DNA from: Macrostomum hystrix | Taxonomy: Eukaryota > Animalia > Platyhelminthes | Assembly (NCBI GenBank): GCA_950097015.1 | Contig: CATNEN010000041.1 | Coordinates: forward strand, 2,170,001 to 2,234,000 | Direction: 5' to 3' | DNA length: 64,000 nt | Shown here: piece by piece, positions 46,885-58,746 of the stretch | Position numbering within the stretch: the stretch's first letter is position 1 | How the letters are laid out: every line of letters begins with the position of its first letter | Notes under the pieces: model-generated | Told to the model about the DNA's origin: nothing | The model's database searches: none | The model's input: only the letters and a program-made list of their open reading frames with translations | Made by a program: the position numbers and the translations under genes

Positions 46885-49800
46885 ATGCCTTTCGAGTTTC
46901 TTCTGAGTGACTCCGGCAGCGAGGATGCGGACGAGCTCGACGATGAAGCCCCAGATACGCAGGGGCGCCCGCCGCTCGTCAGCCGGAAGTCGCAGAGCCT
47001 GCGGGCCTTCCTGCACCAGCGAGCATTGCAGCAGGTCAGTGTGACCAAACTCATGAGCGGCGCGATGGACTCTCTGCCAGAGAGAAACTCGCGTGTCGTG
47101 CGAGTGTTCATCAGCTCTACTTTCTCAGGTGAGATATTTTCTTCGAAGTTCTCGTATTTTATGCAACTTAAACATCCATGGCAGAGCGCTAGGCGAGCTT
47201 ACTTTGGTTGGGTGACATTGTTGGTGTGTAAATAGGGTTTGTGCAGTGGCAGGTGGGTACAAAGGTTGAACACGTGGGTGGTTACATAGGGTGGGGGACT
47301 GGTGGGTGGGTACATAGAGTGGGGGGACTGATGGGTGGGTACGTAGGGTGGGTGGACATGTGGGTAGGTACATAAGGTGGGTGCAATGGTAGGTAGATCC
47401 ATAGGCTGGGCGGTGTGTTAGGTGGGTTGGGTTATTAACCAATAAGCTGCAAGCTACACCAGTTTTATTTTACTTCCGCCGAGTAAAAATGTCTCCCCCA
47501 ATTAAGATATGCATCTCGAACGCAACGTCCTAATGCAGCGAGTCTATCCGAAGCTGAAAGAAATGTGCTTGGCGAAGTTTGGATTAGCGTTTCAGGTGAT
47601 GGTCATGTCAAGAATACTGTTCAAGCCTAATGAATTAAAATCCTCAAAGTTGTCTTTAAACTAGACTTGCATCTCCTTTAAACATAGATGGTGGACATGC
47701 GCTGGGGAATCCAGGACGGCGCCTCGATGGACCAAAGAGCCAGTGAAATTTGCATGCAGGAGATCGCACACTGCCAGAGCACTTCTGTCGGCCCGCACTT
47801 CCTGGTAACTTTATGATCCTTATGTCCTCGGAAAAAATTCTGCATACAGCTAGCTCATCATGCTGAAAGATTTGACATCGAAAAAACTTTGCAGGCCATT
47901 CTAAGTCACAGATACGGGACGAAAACACTGCCGTACGCTGTGAAAAAGTCAGTTATGGAAGCTCTAATAAGCACGATGCAAAGCAGCAACATGGATGAGG
48001 CTATTACGCTCACTGCGAAGTGGTATCTGTTGGACGAAAACCAGTTAGAGCCTGTCTACGTGCTTCAACCTATAATGCAGGATTCCTCTATTAAGATAGA
48101 AGCAAAGCATGCCTTGACTGCGTGGCAAAACGATGAGGCCGACACTGCTGCGAGCGTTACAAGCCTGTGCTGTGGCCGCGAAGGAAGCCGGAACATTTGG
48201 CGAGGACACAGCCGTTCAATTCACGACGTCCGTAACACACCAAGAAGTGCTGAATGGCGTGCAGAAGTCAACGTTTGCAAGACGACAGGATGCTCTGCTG
48301 TTTCACCGCGACCTCACGGATGTGCTTGACTACGTTCAGATGAAGGAGCCAGGGGTCCGGAGGTTAATCGACATTAAGGACGATGGTGAGATTGACGATA
48401 ATGCGAAGCTTCTGCTGGATACCTTGAAAGAGCAGAAGCTACCGAATCTACTGCCCACTGAAAACATTATTGTGTACCGACTGGCCTGCAAGTCAGTGCT
48501 CGAAACTGATTGCAACGATGCAAAGGAATACGCTGACAGGTTTGCGATTGATGTTGAAAATCAGCTAGAGAGACTGATAGACAGAGCTGTGGAAAATATT
48601 TCTGAACTAGAGTCCGACAGTCTGTACTCCGAGGTGTTGCAGCACTCGCACCAGTGTGTCAGCTCTGTCCGTCAGTTCCAAGGACGAGAAGACACAATGA
48701 GCCAGGTGAGGAGATACATCGAGAGTGAAGCCAGACACCCGCTCATGATTCACGGAGCCTCCGGCTGTGGAAAGACGTCGGTGATGGCTCGAGCTGCAAA
48801 TCTCGCTCGACAATGGCTTCCCGAATCCGACAGAGAAGGCGCGATCGTGATCATCCGATTCCTCGGAACGAGTCCGTCGTCATCCAGCATCCGTCAGACA
48901 CTGCGCTCGATCTGTCAACAAATGGCTGTTGTCTTAGGGACATCAGAAGTGACTGACAGCATTCAGGAAATCGATTTCAGAGAGATTGTGAACAACTTTT
49001 ACAAGCTGGCAGAGAAGCTCTGTCAACAATCTCGAAAGGTGTTAATCTTCCTCGACTCGGTTGACCAGCTTGATGCTTCAGACGGTGCTCACACACTGGG
49101 CTGGCTGAGACCCAACTTGCCGACTGGAATAAAGATTGTGCTCAGCTCACTTCCCGACATGTTCGACATTCTCGACTCGTGTCGCAGTCTTCTTCGAGAC
49201 ATTGACTCAAGCGAATGCTTTGTCGAGATTTGTGAGCTCAATCCGGAGCTGTGCTGTCACATTGTGAGAGACATGCTGACTGAGAGAGGTCGGTGTCTCA
49301 CTGAGCCTCAGTGGTGTGTGTTGCGAGCTGCATTCGAAAAGTGCAGTCTCCCGATCTACATGAATCTCATGTTCAACCAGGTGATGGCATGGAACTCGTA
49401 CACTCCAGTAGACTCTCACTCACTCGAGTACACAGTCCGAGGCGCGATCGAGCACCTGTTCAATCGTCTTGAGCGTCAGCACGGTCAGCTGCTCGTGTCT
49501 CACGCTCTCGCCTACATTACCGCATCGAGGAGTGGTCTCGGAGAAGGAGAGATCGAGGACTTGCTATCGTTGGATGAGGAGGTTCTCGGAGAGGTGTTTG
49601 CGCACCACCTTCCGCCATTCATCCGTCTTCCGCCATTGTGTTGGACTCGCGTTCGTCACGAGATCGGACCATACTTGGTAGAGCGCGAAGCAGACGAGGC
49701 TCGAGTGTTGACGTGGTACCATAGACAGTTCTGGGAGGTGTGCCGCGATCGCTACTTCTCGAACGCAGAGTTCATGAGGCAGACGCACTCACGACTCGCG

Positions 49801-52800
49801 GACTACTTTCTTGGAGTATGGTCCGATCGACCGAAGCCGTTCAAGTGTCCACCGAATCTGGCAGCAAAGCTGGCGAGACAGGTGAGTAACAAACGATCGT
49901 TAATGTGTCTGCAATGTTTATGAACTATTATTTTCTGACGTATACAAGTACAAATTTGTCTTCAGGGCACCCCTCCTCCCAGCGAAGCTGACAGACAGGT
50001 CCCTCAACAGCCTCATGTTCTTCAGCGAGACGACAGCGGATCAGTGCGCTTCAATCTAAGGAAGTTGAGCGAGCTGCCGTTCCACCTGCTCCGTAGCGGT
50101 CGCATTGATGACTTTCATGATCACGTGACGTTCAACATGGACTTTCTCGAGTCAAAGCTGAGTGCCACATCTCACCACTTGCTGCTGCGAGACCTCCAGT
50201 TGTTCTTCGATGTGGACGAGTCGGTCCGGGGTAGCGGATCCGACTCAGTAGACGCCGAGAGACTGTTCAATGCGATGAGGATCGCTGGACCGAGTCTGAG
50301 TCACAGTCCGTTGTGTCTTCCGGTGGACATTTGCGGCCGGCTGAGATCATTCGCAGAGAGCTCGTCTCGGATTCGCAAGCTTCTGTCGGACTGCAGACAT
50401 CGAGATCAGTCGACTTGCATATTGCCTCTGAACGGATGCTTTGACAGCGGCAGCAGCTACACGCACTGCAGCATTCAGGGTCAAATGAGCCTTGGTAGGC
50501 TATGTGAAAACGGCAATTTCTACACTGTTCCGATATCCGAAAATATTATTACTTGGTTTGACATTGATGGTAATGTTTTGAAAACAGTGACTTGTGACTA
50601 CCTACCTGCGCTCCACATTGGATTGCTTCCGATTTTGCCACGAAGTGGCAGCTTTCTGACCCTGGAGCACCTGCAAATAAGTAACACTTTCAGGCTTTTC
50701 AGAGGCAATTTATTTAGCGGTGTTTGGCGTCCTTTGATTTCGAATGTGGCCTCAGTTGTTGGAGACAGCTTTTATGGCGATAACGACAACCCTTACGCTT
50801 CCAGCGAAAATCACATTGTTTTGAAAAGCAATAAGAAAGCGGCATCTATTGCCTGGTTTTGCTGCCTTAAGCCCGAGCCTCTTAATGTAGCCTACTTCGC
50901 AACTGACAAGACTGGCCAACCTCTTCTAAGTGAAGATTGTTTTGTCTTCTTTGTTGGATCTGATGTTTCAAACGAAGAGCGTGACTTAACCAATGATTCC
51001 GTGGTACTGAAACCTCACGTTCTACTTCTTAATGATTTCACCGATGTGTGCCTTCAATGTGCGGAGTTTGAATCCGGAGAGCTTCTTAACTACAAAGCAT
51101 TCGTTGAAGGCTCCGACATTCTGTTTGTAACGACCAGCAAACACGAGCTTGAAAGTACGGTCACATTCACAGTGCGTCGATTCATTGTGGACGAAAAATC
51201 AGTTCGAGAAGACATTTGTTGTCAGGTGCAGTCAGCACATGACCCTGGCAGCATGTTCGATGTCACTCTGTCGCTGGATCGCACGACCGCCGCCATCTGC
51301 TTCACCTGTTTGAAGGAAAGCATGGGGTTCTTGTGCAAGCTGCCGCAGTGCACTTTTACACCGCTGGCTTTCAACCCCGTGCTGAAGAAGAGCATGCTAG
51401 AGCTTAAAAACTTCAAAAATGACATTCCGAACTCAAAACTATTGCACATCAGTAACGACAATCGGTTTCTTCTGAGCAAAACAAAGTGCCAGTACATGTT
51501 CAACATATGGTCCGCTCGTGACGGCTCATTTTTGACCGCCATTCCTTACTCAGGCAATTTCTATTGCCTTGGTCAAAAGCCAGGGACGGACTTTCTTCTG
51601 ATCTGTTCAGTTCCAGAGGATGTAAGTGGTGCTTCAATTTCCTTGACAAAGGTTCTGAAGCTGAGCATGCTGGCCGCCTACGACATGAATTCTGAGAACG
51701 AAAGAATGACAAATCAGCAGTTGGCTGACGCAGTGCTGCACATTGACGTCGGATCTGGTCGGTTTGTGTTAGCCCAGTTCGATGAGCAGTCTGGTGCATC
51801 GGTATGGGAAATGGACTTGATTTCAGGAGCGAAATCACCAATTAAAATTCCTTCAGCTTTTACTGAGGAGCGTTTGAAGAAGAGCGATGAGTCGTCAGAA
51901 GCATCACCGATTGCCGACGAAGAAGGTGTGGTAGGAGGATCCAAATTAAAAGAGAAGCTAAGAGATGGCCTTGGTAAAATGCACATCGACACTGATTTGA
52001 AAGCACCAAACTTGCTGCTGTTTCAGGACCCAGGAAGCATCCAAGTCAGCCTCAAGGATGCAGGTGGAGTTGCTGTCGGAGAAAGCCTCAAGGGGGCCTT
52101 CTTTGAAGTTTCTAAGTCCCTTTTGGAAATCCAAGCGAATGAAAAGAATAATGGCGGGCTGAAGATGGCAGAATGCCTTCGATTTCAGCTCGCCAACAAA
52201 GAGCTCGAGCTGATAATTTCGAACCATGCATCAACGAAATCATTTCCCGTGAGTGCGCTCATTCCGGGGCACGCTCCGAAGCCCTTCTCACACACAGCTA
52301 AACATTCTGGAGTTCTTTCTAAAGATAAAAGTGAGATTTACTTGTTAGTGAATGCGGCAAACGGACCAAAAATGGAATCCGGAGGTGAAGGCGACTTGAG
52401 CAGCGAATCGCTTTTATGCACACTGAGCCTCGCAGATAGATCAGTGAAACAATGCATGGTCCTTCCTTCGCAGCAACTCGACAGACAGTTCATTAAGTAT
52501 AGTGCAAGACAAGTGGCACTGGAAACCCTGAAGCAGGCGGCGTTTAATTTCTGGATGCTGGTCAACAAGATGGACATTTTTGTGGCCGGATCTGGTGAAA
52601 GTCCTCAGGAAGTAATTGGCATAGATTTCTCAAAGCAGATTTTCCTCAACTCCTTAGACTTTGTGCGCAAGAGAAAGGCAGAATTCTCTATTGATAATGA
52701 TTTCGACTATTCAGCAGACACAGCAGTATTGCACAAAGAACTCATGAGCCATCTCCGCAGCTCACTGATGTTAAATGCTGGCCCTCTGATGGGACAATCA

Positions 52801-55651
52801 GGACTCGGACAGTTGCAACAGTTTGGCGTTGATGTCATTATCACGATGCTCTTTGCGGCCAATGAAATCGACTTTCTTGGGTTGAAGTACAAACTGAAAT
52901 TGAGCGCCACCGACCGCTGCACTCCAACATTGGTATTCGAGCGCCCACTTCACCCTCATCACATGGTGGTGCTGTACCTGTGCGAGTCCGTCTCGAGCTA
53001 CTCGGATGCGCTCGATCGTGAGCGAATGTGCTGGCCGGGTCGGCTGGTCGTGTGCGACACGAGCTCAATGCAGGTGGTGTCTGTGAGCAGCACTTTCGAT
53101 GCAGGCGCTCTGTACCTGCTTCCAGACGGAGTTCACTGCATCTCGTACCGGTTGAAGGTGTTCAACATTGAGACTGGTGATCTGGTTCGTGATCTAGATC
53201 CCGAGGAATCAGTCATCCTCATCGACATGGTGGCTACTCCGGACCGTCGGCTTGTCATTGGGAAGCAGCATGAGCCGTTTGAAGTCATGACTATGATTGG
53301 CGACGCCATACGTGCAAGCAATCAGCCGAATTCTGAAGAGGCGCTGGAGTTTTTCAGTCCTTCTGTGGCCACAAGTTCAAAGATTTTTCAGGTCAATTTT
53401 GCGTGTTCATGATTTTTAACCTTTATTTCGCAATTCTACTTTAAAGGGAAAGCAAAACCTGTGCGAGGAGCATGAACATTCAAGCTTTTAATCACATTTT
53501 GGACCTTTGCGATGACTTAGAGGGCGTGGCATCGCTTCTATAAATCGCGATGACTTAGAGAGCCTGACCTTTATACGCTCGTGTTGTACCCAGGGCCCAA
53601 AGAAACGGCCTGGCTGGGCGACAGCCCGGGAGAGGGACCCTCTAGCTGGGACAACCCCGGTCCCACCTGCCTGTTCCCTTGACGACGCCACGAAAGTTCG
53701 CTGGCGCCGCCGCCCTGAGACCTGCGAGAGTTCGCGAGGACTCAGGTCCCTAAGCAGAGCGAGAGTTCACTCCGAGTGCCCGCGCGACGCCCGGAAGAAA
53801 CGGAAGCACACTCACGAGTCAGCCGGAGTTAGAGGTTGGGTGTATATTTGGTTGTATTGCAGTTCTATCGATTTATCGCACTGATGACCGTGACGTGAGG
53901 ACGTCGGACAAAAACAGGGGGTCGGTCCAGCTGCGGCTCTTTAAATATGCGGTGGGGCAGAGAAAGGAGGGGCAGGGACAGTGAGACTTTGTGCTACATG
54001 CGTGTCCAGCCAATCGCTGGGGCCAGGGCTGGAGCACGAAGGAACGGGGGAGGGTAGAAAAATAAAAGGGCACGCCAATCGCAGGACAGCAGAGGCAGGG
54101 AGGAAAGAAAAGGAGGGCAGGCCGCGCCAGGGGGTGGAGCATAAGCCCCTAACCCCTGGGTCAGCACACGGGGGATGGGCGCAGCTTAGAGCAAGGGACA
54201 AGAGAGAGGGAAAACTGTCACAGGCCTCGGGGGGAAGGGTTGGGCACGCACAACACTCGAATAAAGCGATCGTATATCAACCAGATGATACGCGAGCTGC
54301 TGATGGAGCGATGAACGATATGAACGATGGAGCGCATCTGCAGTAACCCCACTCGCCCATCACCAATTCCAACAGGCGTACAGCACATCGGACGGCTCGC
54401 TGGTCTTCAACTATCGCTTCGAGGCCGAGCCACAGATTGTGCTGGTCCCATCGAATGATCGCCTGTTGCTGCTTATCAAGGACCATCCGGTGCAGCTGTA
54501 CGAGATCCTCTACGGGTCGGATGGAAGCGAAGAGTCGCCAGCGTCCGATTCCAGATGTTCAGCGTCGGTTCCGTTGGATCCTGTGTGTCCCGACCCGGTG
54601 GCTGCAGCTCTTCAGACTGACTACCTCTGCTATATCAGTGCGTATCTACAAGATTAAGAGCTTTGGCAGTCTCACATTTGCCACATTTGTTGTATTTTGC
54701 TACCGTGCACGGGTACTAGGCCTCCAGTCTAGCTGTGGGCGGTGTATGCACAGGGTTTGAGTTCTGGACCACCCGAAGTTTACCATGAAAGAGAGGAGGA
54801 GGAAAGGGGGCCGGCAACCGTCGAGGCGTTCAGAAGCTTCAGGGTCGGGGTTAAATAATGGACAAGAAGTGTAAGGACAATCTAATTGTCTCGTAAATTT
54901 AACTGTTAACGTAGCCCTGTGAGCGGTTGGCCACTTGATAGGAAATAATTGGGCAGGATATACATTTGTAATTGGCAAGGGATTGGCGGACAGCCACTTA
55001 AATCCCTCTGAACTAAAGGTAATAAAGACAGACTAAGAGAATCGAAGCGTAGAAAAATAATGAAGTCGGTTTGATGGTCTCACAGTTTGGTGGTTAGTAC
55101 TTTCTAACTTTCTGTCTGTTTAGCCAGCTCAATAGACTGTTCCTCGTGCATAACGAAAAAACCGGCAACAGCGCGGAGGGAAGGGTCGCACAACGTGTCC
55201 TAAATATACTTACGAGACAGGAGGGTGGGCGCTTGGGCAGGAACTTAGGGCAGCAAGATAAATTGGGGCTGACCAATCAGGTGCCGACCCGGCCACGCAG
55301 AACCGGTTTGTGTCGGTCACCGGATTGGGGCTGGGGTTCGGGCTAAAGCCATACAGGGCTGAGGGTCGGGTGGGGCATGACTACGCAGAGCCGGCAACGA
55401 GGTTGGGGCCAGGGAGGAACTGAGACGGGGAAACAGGGCGAAACAAGGGCAAGGGTAAAGGATAATTAAAGGTAATCCACTATGCGAAGCGCAATCGATC
55501 GCAGTACAGCTCTAAAACTCCCTTTTCTTATTTTGCAGGAAAAGTGCTGTCTCGGGGTCTGGCCCATGTGGCCGACGCTCGGCCCGCGGATCCCGTGGAG
55601 TTCCTGGCCAGGTGGCTGCTGCAGTTCGCTGCACTGCGGCCTGTCGAATGA
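46885..55651 (+). CDS. NWD1/NWD2-like STAND protein, copy C, about 2078 aa if a +1 frameshift near 48139 is corrected
   Basis: Exons 46885-47128, 47507-47595, 47688-47804, 47895-49881, 49966-53391, 54376-54637 and 55539-55651. At about 48139 it reads GAGGCCGACACTG versus GAGGCGGCACTG in copy A (one extra base), which splits exon 4 into ORFs 47889-48329 and 48133-49923. This may be a true lesion or an assembly error. Confidence 0.82.
53460..54341 (+). mobile_element. Probable insertion (solo-LTR-like) inflating intron 5 of copy C
   Basis: This intron is 984 nt versus 86 and 267 nt in the paralogues. It contains a TATA-like CTATAAAT, an AATAAA near 54260, and GTGGGGCAGAGAAAGGAGGGGCAGGGACAG, which resembles the intron-6 element. 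No convincing TSD was found, so boundaries are approximate. Confidence 0.4.
55150..55460 (+). mobile_element. LTR-like dispersed repeat in intron 6 of copy C
   Basis: Homologous to the reverse complement of 33950-34400 (shared TAAATA...CGAGACAGG(G)AGGGTGGGCG, CCAAT and CGCAGAAC.GGTTTGTGTC blocks). Confidence 0.55.
55539..55651 (+). other. Terminal exon of copy C encoding a Dpy-30/RIIa-like motif
   Basis: Acceptor TTTTGCAG at 55531-55538, phase 1. Translates [37 protein letters not shown]-stop. Not in the ORF track in this frame. Confidence 0.8.
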
Positions 55652-56290
55652 TCGCCGCGTGGAGCTGTACATCGGCGAGCCCAAGTCGAAGAAGTCTATT
55701 TAAGCAAACAAATATATTTCCCTTATTTTCTTCGCGCAAAAGTACACAATGCTTGTGAGCAATCAGGGATCAGTGATGCTGCAGGCCAAGACTTATTAAC
55801 AGTAGCAGATCAACTTGAGATTGAGAATTCATTTGGAACTCATCTGCCGTTATGCGAGCTATGAACAAAGTACATTTGCTAAGTCTGCAGCAACACTGAA
55901 TGGCTTAATGCCATTATTCGATGCAGCACTTGAATGCCCACACCTAACCTGAGTTTCTACTACATGGCACCCTTTTTACAACTGTCTCTTTGTGTAACTC
56001 TAAATTGAAAAGTCCTTTTTTATCACAATTTAATGGCCTTTATCACAATTTAATTGTATGCGCATTGCTAGAGAATTTTGTGCGAAAGAAAACCAGATGA
56101 AGCCGAAACACACGAGGAAAGTTACTTTATACTCAAATTAATTCGACGCAAACACACGAGCTTGTCTCATTAATTAAGCTAAAACTATCCCTCATCAAAT
56201 GGCCTAATCTTTGCTTATACACTGATGTGTACTGCCTTTCAAAAAGTGGAAGTGGGTGTTGTCACATATGATACAGGAAAGAAAGGCATT

Positions 56291-57046
56291 GCTGAGTCAC
56301 GTGATCCTGACAGTGCACACGCTTAGTCACGTGATCTTTGACAGTGCACAGGAAAAAGCACATGCTGAGTCACGTGATCTTGACAGTGCACAAGAAAGAG
56401 CACATGCTGAGTCACGTGATCTTGACAGTGCACAAGAAAGAGCACATGCTGAGTCACGTGATCTTGACAGTGCACAAGAAAGAGCACATGCTGAGTCACG
56501 TGATCTTGACAGTGCATAGGAAAGAGCACATGCTGATTCACGTGATCTTGACAGTGCACAGGAAAGAGCACATGCTGAGTCACGTGATCTTGACAGTGCA
56601 CAAGAAAGAGCACATGCTGAGTCACGTGATCTTGACAGTGCATAGGAAAGAGCACATGCTGAGTCACGTGATCTTGACAGTGCACAGGAAAGAGCACATG
56701 CTGAGTCACGTGATCTTGACAGTGCACAAGAAAGAGCACATGCTGAGTCACGTGATCTTGACAGTGCATAGGAAAGAGCACATGCTGAGTCACGTGATCT
56801 TGACAGTGCACAGGAAAGAGCACATGCTGAGTCACGTGATCTTGACAGTGCACAGGAAAGAGCACATGCTGAGTCACGTGATCTTGACAGTGCACAAGAA
56901 AGAGCACATGCTGAGTCACGTGATCTTGACAGTGCACAAGAAAGAGCACATGCTGAGTCACGTGATCTTGACAGTGCACAAGAAAGAGCACATGCTGAGT
57001 CACGTGATCTTGACAGTGCACATGCCAAAGCACATGCTGAGTCACA
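56291..57046. repeat. Minisatellite, 42-bp unit, 18 copies, each carrying TCACGTGA
   Basis: Unit GCTGAGTCACGTGATCTTGACAGTGCACAAGAAAGAGCACAT. Confidence 0.96.
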
Positions 57047-57713
57047 CTGAAAGACAGTGCACATGTATATTTTCTCTATCAAGTGAGTTGAAATATTAAA
57101 GTAGCCTTTAAACTACCTTTCTTTCATAACTTACGAACTAACTAACCAGTGGCATGTTCGCTCATTTTTAATTATTTCCAAGCCAAAAGGGCAGAAAACA
57201 GCGTGCATTGTTGAGCTGCTCAGGACCTCATAATATGCTGCAGACTGCAGGCCGAGACAACAGAACTGGAGGGTCACAGATGTTCGACAGGAATTTACTT
57301 TTAAGCAGCCAGTTATATATATTTTATAAATTATTAATTTCATTACAAAACAGTACAGTATTGAAAACTATACGATAAACACAAAGAGCAATTCCTGACT
57401 AATGACAGCTCAATCATTGTCAGGGAGGAAATCGAGTTACCGACAGAAGCTCACATGCGCTATACAAACTACTGAATACTGACCAAATGAGTAGCATAGC
57501 AAAACGCAGAGGAATGTCCGACGAGCGATTGAAAATACAAGGAAACATTTGGTAGTGAGAAATCGATTTCAGATTCATTGGGTAACTTGACAGAACAGCA
57601 GTCAAACAGGTCCGCGCTGTGAACAATGATATGAAGATTTGATCGAGATTTACCATCTGATTGAAGTACAAAATCGAACAAAAATGTAGGAGGATTAGAG
57701 ACAGGTTTGCAGA

Positions 57714-58746
57714 TCAGAGGGTATGGGAAATGAGCCTGAAGTTCAGGCGGTGGGAGACGAGCCTGAAGTTCAGGCGGTGGGAGACGAGCCTGAAGTTCAG
57801 GCGGTGGGAGACGAGCCTGAAGTTCAGGGTATGGGAGACGAGCCTGAAGTTCAGGCGGTGGGAGACGAGCCTGAAGTTCAGGCGGTGAGAGACGAGCCTG
57901 AAGTTTAGGGTATGGGAGACGAGCCTGAAGTTCAGGGTATGGGAGACGAGCCTGAAGTTCAGGCGGTGGGAGACGAGCCTGAAGTTCAGGCGGTGAGAGA
58001 CGAGCCTGAAGTTTAGGGTATGGGAGACGAGCCTGAAGTTCAGGGTATGGGAGACGAGCCTTAAGTTCAGGGTATGGGAGACGAGCCTGAAGTTCAGGCG
58101 GTGGGAGACGAGCCTGAAGTTCAGGCGGTGGGAGACGAGCCTGAAGTTCAGGCGGTGGGAGACAAGCCTGAAGTTCAGGCGGTGGGAGACGAGCCTGAAG
58201 TTCAGGCGGTGGGAGACAAGCCTGAAGTTCAGGCGGTGGGAGACGAGCCTGAAGTTCAGGCGGTGGGAGACAAGCCTGAAGTTTAGGGAGTGGTTGACGA
58301 GCCTGAAGTTCAGGGTATGGGAGACGAGCCTGAAGTTCAGGGTATGGGAGACGAGCCTGAAGTTCAGGCGGTGGGAGACGAGCCTGAAGTTCAGGCGGTG
58401 GGAGACGAGCCTGAAGTTCAGGCGGTGGGAGACAAGCCTGAAGTTCAGGCGGTGGGAGACGAGCCTGAAGTTCAGGCGGTGGGAGACAAGCCTGAAGTTT
58501 AGGGAGTGGTTGACGAGCCTGAAGTTCAGGGTATGGGAGACGAGCCTGAAGTTCAGGGTATGGGAGACGAGCCTGAAGTTCAGGCGGTGGGAGACGAGCC
58601 TGAAGTTCAGGCGGTGGGAGACGAGCCTGAAGTTTAGGGAGTGGTTGACGAGCCTGAAGTTCAGGGTATGGGAGACGAGCCTGAAGTTCAGGCGGTGGGA
58701 GACAAGCCTGAAGTTTAGGGAGTGGTTGACGAGCCTGAAGTTCAGG
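57714..58746. repeat. Minisatellite, 27-bp unit, about 38 copies
   Basis: Unit GAGCCTGAAGTTCAGGCGGTGGGAGAC with variants. Confidence 0.95.

Noticed and set aside
53878-53920. Hammerhead ribozyme candidates (CTGATGA plus hairpin at 53881; AGATGAAGCCGAAAC at about 56095; CTGATGATGCGAAA at about 43420)
   Set aside because: Each lacks the required GAAA placement, the intact CUGA core, or a pairing stem III/I.
27100-55651. Horizontal transfer of a bacterial or fungal NLR operon
   Set aside because: Six conserved spliceosomal introns per gene and metazoan NWD1/2-type motifs. No prokaryotic features are seen.
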